The notes beneath the pieces are model-generated. The model was not told the DNA's origin. It saw only the letters and a list, made by a program, of their open reading frames with translations, and made no database searches. Of a stretch of 64,000 bases of DNA, positions 1 to 7,899 are shown one piece after another; position 1 is the stretch's first letter, and each line of letters opens with the position of its first letter. Position numbers and translations under genes: made by a program. Where the stretch lies: positions 10,964 through 74,963 of the forward strand of contig CAZVYG010000017.1 of the NCBI GenBank assembly GCA_964631605.1. Direction: 5' to 3'. Source of the stretch: an uncultured Verrucomicrobiota bacterium (GTDB lineage Bacteria > Verrucomicrobiota > Verrucomicrobiia > Limisphaerales > UBA8199).

Positions 1-260
1 TCGTCACCAATCTCGATTGTTGCGTTGGGCGACAAACAATTAACCATGCAGGGCCGATTCAGGCCGTGAAGATTACTCCGCGTGCCCGACAAAAAGCAGC
101 AGCGGTCCCCAATCGAGATTCGGGCGCCGCAAGGGCGCCGGAAGACTGGTATGCCTCGAAATGCACAGCCCGCTCCCAAGCGTACCCCCCACCATGCGGC
201 CAACAGGCGGGCAAGCCAGGACGTGCCAAAGCCGCCGATCCACTCGCTTCCCAGCCTCAT
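1..260 (-). CDS. Acyltransferase, left-handed beta-helix (hexapeptide-repeat, maltose O-acetyltransferase/WcaF-like); 5' part only, runs off the window start
   Basis: Not in the ORF track. Manual translation from ATG at 260: MRLGSEWIGGFGTSWLARLLAAWWGVRLGAGCAFRGIPVFRRPCGARISIGDRCCFLSGTRSNLHGLNRPCMVNCLSPNATIEIGD. ISIGDRC and IEIGD are hexapeptide-type motifs. Starts 13 nt after the wzy-like stop. Confidence 0.8.
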   Translation of the reverse strand, partial: MRLGSEWIGGFGTSWLARLLAAWWGVRLGAGCAFRGIPVFRRPCGARISIGDRCCFLSGTRSNLHGLNRPCMVNCLSPNATIEIGD

Positions 261-273
261 GAGATGCGCGCGA

Positions 274-1764
274 TTATCCCAGGAAAGCCTCGCCATGAGT
301 TTGCTGTGGTTCGACTTCCGACACCCGTGGGGTTCCGGACTCAGCCTGGCTGGCCAGGCCCAGCGCCCCGCCTGCTCGACGTTGACGGGATCGGCCCCGC
401 CGGCGGCCCTGCCGCCATGGCTGCGAAAGCGCTGAGTCGCGACCGGCGGAGAGCATCATGTATGCGCCCAGGACAAAGGCGACGTTGTGGGGGATGTCAC
501 CGCCGTTGCCATTGAAACTGTTACACAATACCAAAAAGAGACTGAAGTTCAAGATGAGTGCTCCGGTGGAACCCCCGTAGAGGTAACGCCTCGAAGTCCA
601 TCCCAGAAAATAGCCAAGTACCCCAAGATAAAGAACGCCTCCGAGCAGGCCGAACTGAGCCGCACTCCAACCGAAGAGGGTCGGCCAGGCCGCCAGAGAA
701 ACGCCCCGTTCATACCTCCATTTGTCAACCAGCCGCTCAGACTTGGTCTCATAGTCTGGATAGAACTTACGGATCTGGTCCAAGGTCCGTCCTCCGAGCA
801 GGAGCATCGGGTCCCAGCTCACCCACGGCGCTTGTGAGCAAATGGCGTTGATGACGGGCAGTGTGTGAGTCCCGTAACTCATCAGGTAGAGCAAGGTTGT
901 CAGCCCAGCGGGATCTTGAGAACGATTGAAGAGACCGTACCGGTCTCGCTCCATGTAATCAGCTCCGACCCGTTTTAGGAATCCAGCATCGTGCCGGTGC
1001 TGCGTTATGAAATTGAAATAAACGAACACTGCCGCTAGAAAACATAACAACCCCGTCCGCATTATGAGGTAGCGGCGGCTTAAGAGCAAAGTTGTGATCT
1101 TTTCTCCTTTTACAAAGAACAGAAAGTACAGCAAATAAACCGCCACCCAAATGACTCCTCCCCGCTTTGCCATGAGCACCGTGTTGAGACACAGAAGTAA
1201 CATCATGCTCCAGATCAAGGCGTGTGCCCAGCCGGGCACACGCCTCCGGGCAGCAAGAAGATGGAAGTACAGAGCCAAGGCCGTTACAAAGAAAGAATAG
1301 GGTACCACTGAAACTGTTGTGAGTATCGTGGTTGCTACAGTTTCCTCCCTCACGGAAGCAGTGTCGGTCAGGGTTTTGGCCAGGCTGGCGCCGGCAAAGA
1401 GCGTCCGGTCGAGCACGAGCCCGACCGCCCCGAGGAAACTCGCAGGGGCGAGCCAGCGCACCCATGCCCACGCTCTCTCGGGGCTTTCGCCGTCTTCCGG
1501 CCGGGTCAAAGCGGTGGTAGTTGCGGAGGTCGCCTGCCAGTAAGCGAAGGTAAACGAGCCCAGACTGGCAAGGAGATAGACCCAAGTCCCGGCTCCCAAC
1601 TTCTCAAATACAATTGGGCCGAATCTGAACAGGAGAAACGCGGTGCTCCAAAAAGCAATGAACCAGAGCGCCGGAAACCAGCACCGCAACAAGGTGATTT
1701 CGCCGGGAGAGGGCTCCGCGACCTGAGCCTCGACAGGCGGTGGTCGAATCTTTCGCTCCCTCAT
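274..1764 (-). CDS. Polytopic membrane protein, probable O-antigen/EPS repeat-unit polymerase (Wzy-like)
   Basis: About 10 hydrophobic segments with a central hydrophilic loop; lies in a wzx/GT operon; ATGA overlap with the GT gene. Confidence 0.65.
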   Translation of the reverse strand: MRERKIRPPPVEAQVAEPSPGEITLLRCWFPALWFIAFWSTAFLLFRFGPIVFEKLGAGTWVYLLASLGSFTFAYWQATSATTTALTRPEDGESPERAWAWVRWLAPASFLGAVGLVLDRTLFAGASLAKTLTDTASVREETVATTILTTVSVVPYSFFVTALALYFHLLAARRRVPGWAHALIWSMMLLLCLNTVLMAKRGGVIWVAVYLLYFLFFVKGEKITTLLLSRRYLIMRTGLLCFLAAVFVYFNFITQHRHDAGFLKRVGADYMERDRYGLFNRSQDPAGLTTLLYLMSYGTHTLPVINAICSQAPWVSWDPMLLLGGRTLDQIRKFYPDYETKSERLVDKWRYERGVSLAAWPTLFGWSAAQFGLLGGVLYLGVLGYFLGWTSRRYLYGGSTGALILNFSLFLVLCNSFNGNGGDIPHNVAFVLGAYMMLSAGRDSALSQPWRQGRRRGRSRQRRAGGALGLASQAESGTPRVSEVEPQQTHGEAFLG

Positions 1765-2711
1765 ACGCCGCCCCTCCGGAGTCGCGACCGAGTCCGGCGA
1801 AAAAACTGCAGGACTTTCCCCCTGACCCTGTGGGGAAGGTTGCGCCAGGTAATTGTGTTGGAATAGAATTCTTGCTGGAGGTACTTTTCGTAAGCCCGGT
1901 CCACAGCTACGGCCCCGTTGTCGTCAAGCGGGAAGGTAAGGCTGTAAACGGGCCGGTTGCAAAACCTGCCGCCTCCGGAATGCGTGGCACCCGGCCCCCC
2001 CCCGATATTGCATATCTGGTTCGCATAGGGAAACAAGGTGAGCCCCCCTCGCCGCAGGCAGAGAAGCCAAAACTGGTAGTCCCAAGTGTGATCCGGGTGG
2101 GCGGCGATAAAACGGAAGCTTTTTTTCCAAACCTCGGGCATAAAACCCGCTATCCGCTTTTCCCTGGCAATGGCGTCCAAGAAATCGGTGTCCCACCCCT
2201 TCAACTCGCGGTCGTAGCCCTCCCAGCTTCTGGCCCAGGCTGCCCAGCCCCAAACACAAGGAAAGTGCGTCGCACCGTAGGAATTCGGCGTTGATTTCCT
2301 TTTCAAGAGATAGGTGCCAGTTATGCTCGCTACGGATGTTTCCTTCTGGTGCTTTTTAAGCAATGCGTCGGCGTACGGGAGGAAGGTTTCTGAGGGCAGG
2401 CAGTCATCTTCGAGAAAGATCGCGCGGTCAAACCTGCCCAGGGTCGCCGTCACGCCGCTCGATATTCTCTTGGAACAGCCGAGGTTGGATTCCGCATAGT
2501 CGGTAATCACGTCGGCCGGCCAGTTGATCATTGATTCGAGCTCGCCTCGAAGTTCTCTTATCACCCGGTGTTCCCCCGCCACGTGGGCGCGTGGGCCGTC
2601 GCTAACGAGCACGAGACGCGAAGGCTTTGCTTCGCAAATGCGAGCGAAGACCCGCCGCGCGGTGTGCGGGCGGTTGAAAAACAGGAAGACTACCGGACTC
2701 TCGATTGGCAT
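1761..2711 (-). CDS. GT-A fold glycosyltransferase ('hemolytic protein HlpA-like' nucleotide-diphospho-sugar transferase)
   Basis: Motifs FFNRP, DGPR, NLGC, IFLEDDC (DxD-like) and WGWAAW. Confidence 0.85.
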   Translation of the reverse strand: MPIESPVVFLFFNRPHTARRVFARICEAKPSRLVLVSDGPRAHVAGEHRVIRELRGELESMINWPADVITDYAESNLGCSKRISSGVTATLGRFDRAIFLEDDCLPSETFLPYADALLKKHQKETSVASITGTYLLKRKSTPNSYGATHFPCVWGWAAWARSWEGYDRELKGWDTDFLDAIAREKRIAGFMPEVWKKSFRFIAAHPDHTWDYQFWLLCLRRGGLTLFPYANQICNIGGGPGATHSGGGRFCNRPVYSLTFPLDDNGAVAVDRAYEKYLQQEFYSNTITWRNLPHRVRGKVLQFFRRTRSRLRRGGV

Positions 2712-2724
2712 GGTCCTGTATTTG

Positions 2725-3483
2725 TCATCGCGCGGCCGGTTCGCTGCGGCGGCCGATATAATCAGGCTGGAGAAACACCGCGTCCGTCCATGCGGCTCTG
2801 TTTTGAAGGTAGCGGATTCGATAAAAAGTCACCAGCATGAAGCCATGCTCACGCAGGAACCTGTAAAGGTGGTCGAAGGGCGGCATCCCGTCATACATGG
2901 CGACAAAATTGACTTCAGTGAATACCAAATGAATTGCCTTCCGCGCAAGCATCCGGCGCGCACCTTCAAGGACGTAAAGGTCGTACCCCTGAGTATCAGT
3001 CTTAAGGATGTCAATCGCGGCGACATGGTTCGCGGCGCAATACTCGTCCACGGTTGAGGTTTCTACTTCGCGCCGTGCGACGACATCGCCCCAGCCCCAC
3101 GGCCCCTTCTCAAGAAACGAACTCATTACGGAATGGGAATTCTCGAGGAAAACCTTGCGGCCGCTTTCGGAACCCAGCGCAAGCCGGTTGACTTTGACAG
3201 TCGGAAAGGCGGCTGCAGCGGCGAGCAGCGTATCGAGCACCCGGGCCGAAGGCTCAAAGGCATGGATGCGTGGAGACTTAAACACCCTGCAGAACTCATT
3301 GATGGTTTGGCCTTCGTTGGCGCCAACATCGAATATCGTGGGTGACGGGAACGACACAAGCCTTTTCATGTCAGCGAAGGGATCCTGGCCGAGGTCCGCT
3401 ATAACGGATGATGGCGCCGTTCGATGAATCTCAAGGCCCGCAAGGGAAAAAACATATTTTACAAGCTTCTTCAGTGGTAGCAT
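2725..3483 (-). CDS. FkbM-family SAM-dependent methyltransferase
   Basis: Motifs IFDVGANEG, AFEP and DILKTDTQGYD. Confidence 0.9.
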   Translation of the reverse strand: MLPLKKLVKYVFSLAGLEIHRTAPSSVIADLGQDPFADMKRLVSFPSPTIFDVGANEGQTINEFCRVFKSPRIHAFEPSARVLDTLLAAAAAFPTVKVNRLALGSESGRKVFLENSHSVMSSFLEKGPWGWGDVVARREVETSTVDEYCAANHVAAIDILKTDTQGYDLYVLEGARRMLARKAIHLVFTEVNFVAMYDGMPPFDHLYRFLREHGFMLVTFYRIRYLQNRAAWTDAVFLQPDYIGRRSEPAAR

Positions 3484-3513
3484 AGGGTAATGCTGTAATC
3501 GTTCAAATCCGGG

Positions 3514-5058
3514 TCACAAGTAATCGGGAGGCTTGGGTCCTATGCCAACGATACCCTTGATTATGTGCCGTAGGTACGGTGCGAGTCTCATTATCGCATA
3601 AAACGCCGTGGCCGCGGTTCCGGCAATGCCAGCGATCACGGTCCAAGTTCCCGGAAGCGTGATGCAAAAGATAGCGACTAGGGCCAAGCAACACGCGAGG
3701 AGCGCCGCAAGCCGCACGTTTGAACTGGCCCACGAGAATCCTGTAGTCCGACGGGCAGCGAAATAGAGCAAGGCGAGTTGTGCAATCTCAAAAAAAAGTG
3801 ACGCTATTCCGGCACCGACGAGACCGCAATACCGAATGGCCAAGGGCAGGAGCAGCGCGTGGAGACAGTTGGCCGCAAGGACGGAACGGGTGTAGGATGC
3901 CGCGTTAGCTTTGGCCAGGAGGAGGTAACCCAGCGGCCAGGAAATCATCTGAACAAAAACGCCAAGGAGGAGCCAGTAGACCAAAGGAACTGCCGCGAGA
4001 AACTCTGCGGAATAGAACGTTTTGATCACAAGGGGACAAGCGGCGAAGGTAAGCATGAGCCCCGGAGCCGCCATGAGCAGGGCGACTTCAGTTTGCTCAT
4101 TGACGAGGGTGTTGCAGGAATTGTTGTCCTCCGATCGCTCGCTGAGGGTAGGGAAGAAGTCCGCACCCATGGCCTGGGTCAGGAAGCCGACGTACAAGCC
4201 AGCCAGAGCAACCGCGGCAGTATAAAAGCCTGCAGCTTCAAGTCCCAGTTGGCGAACGACTAGAACCCTAGCTAGGTAAGCAATTGCGGAGACCGACAAA
4301 ACACTGGTCATGAACGCGCCCCCGCCTTTAAGAAGCGACTGTGCCTCCTTCCAAGTCTCTCGCCATGCAGGACCGCTGTCGGTCCCCAGTCTTGGTTCCC
4401 GGGCATACCACCAGGAGCTGGCCAAGCCCATCGCGGCAGTCACAACAATCGCCAAAACCACACCATCGCCTCCCAGCCACCAGACTAGCGCGACGCTCGT
4501 GGTCGTGCCAAGCAGCGCCCCAGAGAGACGGGCCTTGGCGAGGTCCGAAATTCTTCGCCTGCCTTGGATAAGGGCAGATTGCGCGCCGGAGAGTACCGCG
4601 AAAAGGACGGCAATGGATAATATTAGCGTTGCGGAAGACGGCCTCGAAAGAAAGCCTCGATGCCCGCTTTCTATGCTTTCTGGCTGGCGGCCAAAGCTTA
4701 GCGCACTAATAGGTTCGTGGAGGATCGCCAAGGCCAACAGCCCGCTGCAGCCAAGAATGAGCGAGACGCGACGCAACACCACGATTCGTCGCGCAACCGT
4801 CGTTGGGTCGCCTGTCCGTTGGGCGGCTGCGATTTCTCTGACCCCGCTGTTGCCGATGCCAAATGCCGACAAAGTGCTAAGAACATTCGCAACGGACTGA
4901 TAGAGCCCCATTGCGCCTACGCCTGGCGGGCCCAGCAGCAGCGCAAAAGCCTTCGTCTTTATTATGCCGAACACCAAGGTGCCGGCCGAAGCAGCAGCGA
5001 CGATCGCGGAAGACTTAAGAATTCTCTGGTGCGAGCTTTGGGGCACAGTTTCGGGCAT
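3514..5058 (-). CDS. wzx: O-antigen translocase/flippase (Wzx, MATE-like fold)
   Basis: ILKSSAIV...KTKAFALLLGPPGVG N-terminus and ~12-14 TM segments. ATG at 5058 preferred over the track start at 5097. Confidence 0.85.
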   Translation of the reverse strand: MPETVPQSSHQRILKSSAIVAAASAGTLVFGIIKTKAFALLLGPPGVGAMGLYQSVANVLSTLSAFGIGNSGVREIAAAQRTGDPTTVARRIVVLRRVSLILGCSGLLALAILHEPISALSFGRQPESIESGHRGFLSRPSSATLILSIAVLFAVLSGAQSALIQGRRRISDLAKARLSGALLGTTTSVALVWWLGGDGVVLAIVVTAAMGLASSWWYAREPRLGTDSGPAWRETWKEAQSLLKGGGAFMTSVLSVSAIAYLARVLVVRQLGLEAAGFYTAAVALAGLYVGFLTQAMGADFFPTLSERSEDNNSCNTLVNEQTEVALLMAAPGLMLTFAACPLVIKTFYSAEFLAAVPLVYWLLLGVFVQMISWPLGYLLLAKANAASYTRSVLAANCLHALLLPLAIRYCGLVGAGIASLFFEIAQLALLYFAARRTTGFSWASSNVRLAALLACCLALVAIFCITLPGTWTVIAGIAGTAATAFYAIMRLAPYLRHIIKGIVGIGPKPPDYL

Positions 5059-5184
5059 CCGTAGGGAACTGTTTTGTTTCAGACGGCCGCCGACCAAAAC
5101 GCGCCGCGGGCGAGGCGGTAGCCGAGGGGTGAGGCTCGGAGCCGGGTCCAGGCAGTTTGGAGGGTGAGGGGGAGGGGGGGCAAA

Positions 5185-5354
5185 GGCTGAGGGATGAAAC
5201 TTGAAACCGGAAAGTTGAAAGAGTGGACTATCGGACTATCGGACTATCCGACCATGGGGCCGACGGACGGATGAGGGATGAGGCGAAGGATGAGGGATGA
5301 AACTTGAAACTTGAAAGGGCCGAGTAAACCACGGAATACGCGGGAGACACGGAA
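5185..5354. repeat. Composite short-tandem-repeat spacer 1: TGAAAC(T) heptamers, GGACTATC octamers (5225-5256), GGATGAG heptamers and a CACGGAATA-type 9-mer block
   Basis: Read directly. 5185-5248 matches 5960-6023 with 1 mismatch in 64 bp. Confidence 0.95.
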
Positions 5355-5366
5355 GAGACCTGGGCG

Positions 5367-5669
5367 TCAGGCCACTCGATCTTTTGTTTTGAGCCAGTAT
5401 TCCGGACGGCGGCGGCCATGGGCGATCGCAAGAACCCAGATTGCATCAGCCCAAAGGACGTAGGCGACCTAGTACGGAAAGACTTTGAGGTTCACACGCC
5501 GATAGCCGGTTGGCCGGAGGCGCGGAATGTCGGGATGGCGCGCGATCCATTGGATGGTCTCCCGGGCCATTTCCTTGAGGCGGAAGCCCAGGCCGGGCTC
5601 GAGTTGTTCGTAATAAATGATGGCCTCGACGAGTTCCTGCTCCGCCTCCTCGAGAATTTCAATCCTCAT
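5367..5669 (-). pseudogene. RelE/ParE-family toxin with in-frame premature TAG at codon 67 (5469-5471)
   Basis: MRIEILEEAEQEL...VFPY* continues in frame as VAYVLWADAIWVLAIAHGRRRPEYWLKTKDRVA* (TGA at 5367-5369). The full frame is 101 codons and includes the typical AHxRRxPxYW C-terminus. Confidence 0.85.
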
Positions 5670-5902
5670 TGGGTGAACCGGCGGTCAAGATCGGCGAACA
5701 CGTCTTCGAAACTTCGCGAACGGGCGGTTCCGGCCTGCACAGCTCTCAGTCGCCGACAAAGTTCGGATTCCCACTCGGCCTGCGCCTCCGGGTCAACCGG
5801 CGCGTCGGCTTCGGCCAGATCAATGAGGATGCGGGCCAGGGTCAGGCGCTGGGGCGCGGGCAATTCCAAGGCGTCTTTGGTGACCTCTGCAAGCGCTTTC
5901 AT
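5666..5902 (-). CDS. Addiction-module antitoxin component (TIGR02574-like)
   Basis: LELPAPQRLTLA and EWESELCRRLRAVQAG patterns; overlaps the ParE start by 4 nt. ATG 5902 preferred because ATG 5914 falls within the predicted -10 box. Confidence 0.85.
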   Translation of the reverse strand: MKALAEVTKDALELPAPQRLTLARILIDLAEADAPVDPEAQAEWESELCRRLRAVQAGTARSRSFEDVFADLDRRFTQ

Positions 5903-5912
5903 AACTGGCGGC

Positions 5913-5941
5913 ATTATCTACGGCCCCGCGGTGCCTGGCAA
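5913..5941 (-). promoter_or_regulatory. Sigma70-like promoter TTGCCA-N17-GATAAT for the antitoxin/ParE cassette
   Basis: Minus strand reads TTGCCA ggcaccgcggggccgta GATAAT; spacer counted as 17 nt. Confidence 0.6.
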
Positions 5942-5959
5942 GTCAGGGGACGGAGGCAA

Positions 5960-6208
5960 GGCTGAGGGCTGAAACTTGAAACCGGAAAGTTGAAAGAGTG
6001 GACTATCGGACTATCGGACTATCGGACTATCCGACTATCGGACTATAGGACCATCCGACGATGGGACTGACGGAGGGCTGAAACTTGAAACTTGAAACTT
6101 GAAACTTGAAATCTGAAATCTGAAAGGCCCGAGTGAACCACGGAATACGCGGAAGACACGGAAACACTGAAACACTGAAGCACTGGAGCACTGAAGCACT
6201 GGAGCACC
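5960..6208. repeat. Composite spacer 2: GGACTATC-type octamers x8-9 (6000-6071), (C/T)TGAAA(C/T) heptamers x7 (6078-6126), 9-mer block (6136-6165) and G(A/G)A(A/G)CACT octamers x6 (6161-6208)
   Basis: Read directly from sequence. Confidence 0.95.
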
Positions 6209-6233
6209 GGATTACAGACGCACCGGCGCCCGA

Positions 6234-6495
6234 TTATGGGGCGGCCCAGCCTTGTTGGGAACGAACTTTGTCGCCGAATTCGACACACCAGGCAGGCAGC
6301 TCGCCGGCGAGGCGCCCCGCCACCGTTACCAGCTCGCGGAGGCGGTCCGGCCGCAAGGTCAGATCGTAGGCGTGGCGCATCACGTGGCGGAAGCCTTTAA
6401 GTTCGCGAAGGTCGCTGACCCGGTCGGCGGGAATGAAGGCCGGCCGAATGCCAGGTAAATTCGGTGAGGAGGATGGTCAGGCCGGCAGGGTCCAC
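6234..6495 (-). pseudogene. HEPN (HepT-like) RNase toxin remnant with an internal deletion and frameshift
   Basis: GTG at 6495 gives (M)DPAGLTILLTE. A different frame then reads LPGIRPAFIPADRVSDLRELKGFRHVMRHAYDLTLRPDRL...GWAAP*, containing the R-X4-H motif RHVMRH. Total 262 nt is not a multiple of 3 and is much shorter than a full HEPN gene. Confidence 0.75.
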
Positions 6496-6824
6496 GGTTC
6501 TCCTTCGCGCAGAATTTTGTCACGAAAACGGCATTCGGCCAACAACAGTATGTCCACCCGGCGCCCGAGGCGCTCGGCCAGCAGGCTGGTCAACTGGTAA
6601 AGGCTCGGGGTGGCGGGCTCGGCGGCCAAGGCCAGGTCAACGTCGGAGGTCTCGTCGAACTTCCGCGGCGTGGCGAGGGATCCGAAGACGATGACGGTCT
6701 GGCCCGGAAGCAGTTGGCAAAGGGCTTCCCACAATTGCCGGCGCACCTCGGCGCGCAGGTCTTCCCGGCGCTGAAGCCGCTCTTGTTCCATCTGCTGCAG
6801 CAAGGTCACAGGCTTTGGTTCCAA
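6477..6824 (-). CDS. Minimal nucleotidyltransferase (MNT) antitoxin
   Basis: Motifs VIVFGSLA, SDVDLAL and RRVDILLL. Track start is TTG and may lie upstream of the true start. Confidence 0.9.
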   Translation of the reverse strand: MEPKPVTLLQQMEQERLQRREDLRAEVRRQLWEALCQLLPGQTVIVFGSLATPRKFDETSDVDLALAAEPATPSLYQLTSLLAERLGRRVDILLLAECRFRDKILREGEPWTLPA

Positions 6825-6827
6825 ATT

Positions 6828-6856
6828 ATTATTCCCGACAAGCGGAGGATTGGCAA
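6828..6856 (-). promoter_or_regulatory. Sigma70-like promoter TTGCCA-N17-AATAAT for the MNT-HEPN cassette
   Basis: Minus strand reads TTGCCA atcctccgcttgtcggg AATAAT. Confidence 0.5.
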
Positions 6857-6865
6857 GGGGAGGAG

Positions 6866-7086
6866 GGACTATGGGGCTGTGGGACTATAGGACCATAGGA
6901 CTATCCGACTATCGGACCACCCGACCATGGGAGCGACGGACGGATGAGGGATGAAACTGGAAACCGGAAAGCAGCAAGGTGTGAAGGTGCGAAAGTCCAC
7001 AGGTGCGAAAGTGTAAAGGTGTGAAAGTCCAAAAGTGCGAAAGTGGGTTCCGTGGTTAGCGATTCGGTATTCGGTGCATTCCGTGA
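6866..7086. repeat. Composite spacer 3: GGACTAT(C/A/G)-type octamers x8 (6866-6929), heptamers, (C/T)GAA(A/G)GT(G/C) octamers x9 (6974-7045) and reverse-oriented 9-mer block
   Basis: Read directly. 6923-6988 matches 7740-7805 with 2 mismatches in 66 bp. Confidence 0.95.
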
Positions 7087-7128
7087 TCGGGAAAAAGTTG
7101 AAACGCTGCAGCCCGCCGTTGCCCGCGG

Positions 7129-7419
7129 TTACTTGAGTCGCTGCCGTGTCCAGGCGGGGTCGCGACGGCAGTCCAGGACGGCACTGACGGAGACGAGGTC
7201 GCCTTCCACGGTGTAATAGATGGCATAGGGGAACCGGCGGGAGAGGAGCCGGAACCGCCCAAAGACTTTCCGGTGAACCCCGGCATACAATTGGAGCGAG
7301 TCAATGTCCGAAAAGAGCGAGTCGAGGAAGTAAGCGCCCAGGCCCTGTCGCTGGTTTTCGTAAAACGCGAAGCCCGCGGCCAGGTCTTCCTTCGCCGAGG
7401 GCAGAATCCGAATGGTCAT
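7129..7419 (-). CDS. RelE/ParE-family toxin (intact)
   Basis: MTIRILPSAKEDL...GLGAYFL...RFPYAIYY...VLDCRRDPAW pattern; 96 aa. Confidence 0.9.
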   Translation of the reverse strand: MTIRILPSAKEDLAAGFAFYENQRQGLGAYFLDSLFSDIDSLQLYAGVHRKVFGRFRLLSRRFPYAIYYTVEGDLVSVSAVLDCRRDPAWTRQRLK

Positions 7420-7634
7420 GGAAAGCGGTTGCGCAACTCTCGCTTGGCGGCTTCCCAGTCCTCATATTGCTCCTGGCCGGAGCGCACGCGCTGCTCGCGT
7501 TGGTCGAGAACTTGCGCGTGCCAAGGGGGGGACTCGAATTGCTCGGCGTTTCGGCTGAGGTCGGCCCACAGGGCTTCCATCGCCCGGAGTTTCTCCTCCA
7601 AGCTCATCCGCTCAATCTCCAACTCAACGGCCAT
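7416..7634 (-). CDS. Addiction-module antitoxin component
   Basis: MSLEEKLRAMEALWADL...SPPWHAQVLDQRE pattern; ATGA-type overlap with the toxin. Confidence 0.9.
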   Translation of the reverse strand: MAVELEIERMSLEEKLRAMEALWADLSRNAEQFESPPWHAQVLDQREQRVRSGQEQYEDWEAAKRELRNRFP

Positions 7635-7640
7635 ATTCAA

Positions 7641-7649
7641 AGCCTAGCA
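7641..7649 (-). promoter_or_regulatory. Extended -10 element (TGC-TAGGCT) positioned for a leaderless transcript starting at ATG 7634
   Basis: Minus strand reads TGCTAGGCT ttgaat ATG. Confidence 0.4.
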
Positions 7650-7706
7650 CACCGCCCCCCCGGAACAAAGGGCAAAGACCAGGGAAGGGAACATAATAAG
7701 GCCGTC

Positions 7707-7899
7707 CAACTATCCGACCATGGGACTATCCGACTATCGGACCATGGGACCGACGGACGGATGAGGGATGAAACTTGAAACCGGAAAGCAGCAAGGTGTG
7801 AAGGTCGCCAGGTCCGAAGGTGCGAAAGTCCAAAAGTTTTTCTGTGTATTCCGTGTATTCCGTGGTTAAGGAATCGCTGAAACACCGAAACACTGAAAC
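7707..7899. repeat. Composite spacer 4: octamers x5 (7707-7746), heptamers, GAAGGT-type octamers, reverse 9-mer block (7842-7867) and GAAACAC octamers
   Basis: Read directly from sequence. Confidence 0.95.

Noticed and set aside
3496-3515. tRNA T-loop-like GTTCAAATCC
   Set aside because: Flanks cannot form the 5-bp T stem and no cloverleaf is evident.
3790-3797. A8 homopolymer in wzx as a phase-variation switch
   Set aside because: The frame is intact and the run is short, encoding LFF in a hydrophobic segment; no supporting evidence.
5114-5123. ops/JUMPStart-like GGCGGTAG upstream of wzx
   Set aside because: It is on the plus strand, opposite to the direction of operon transcription.
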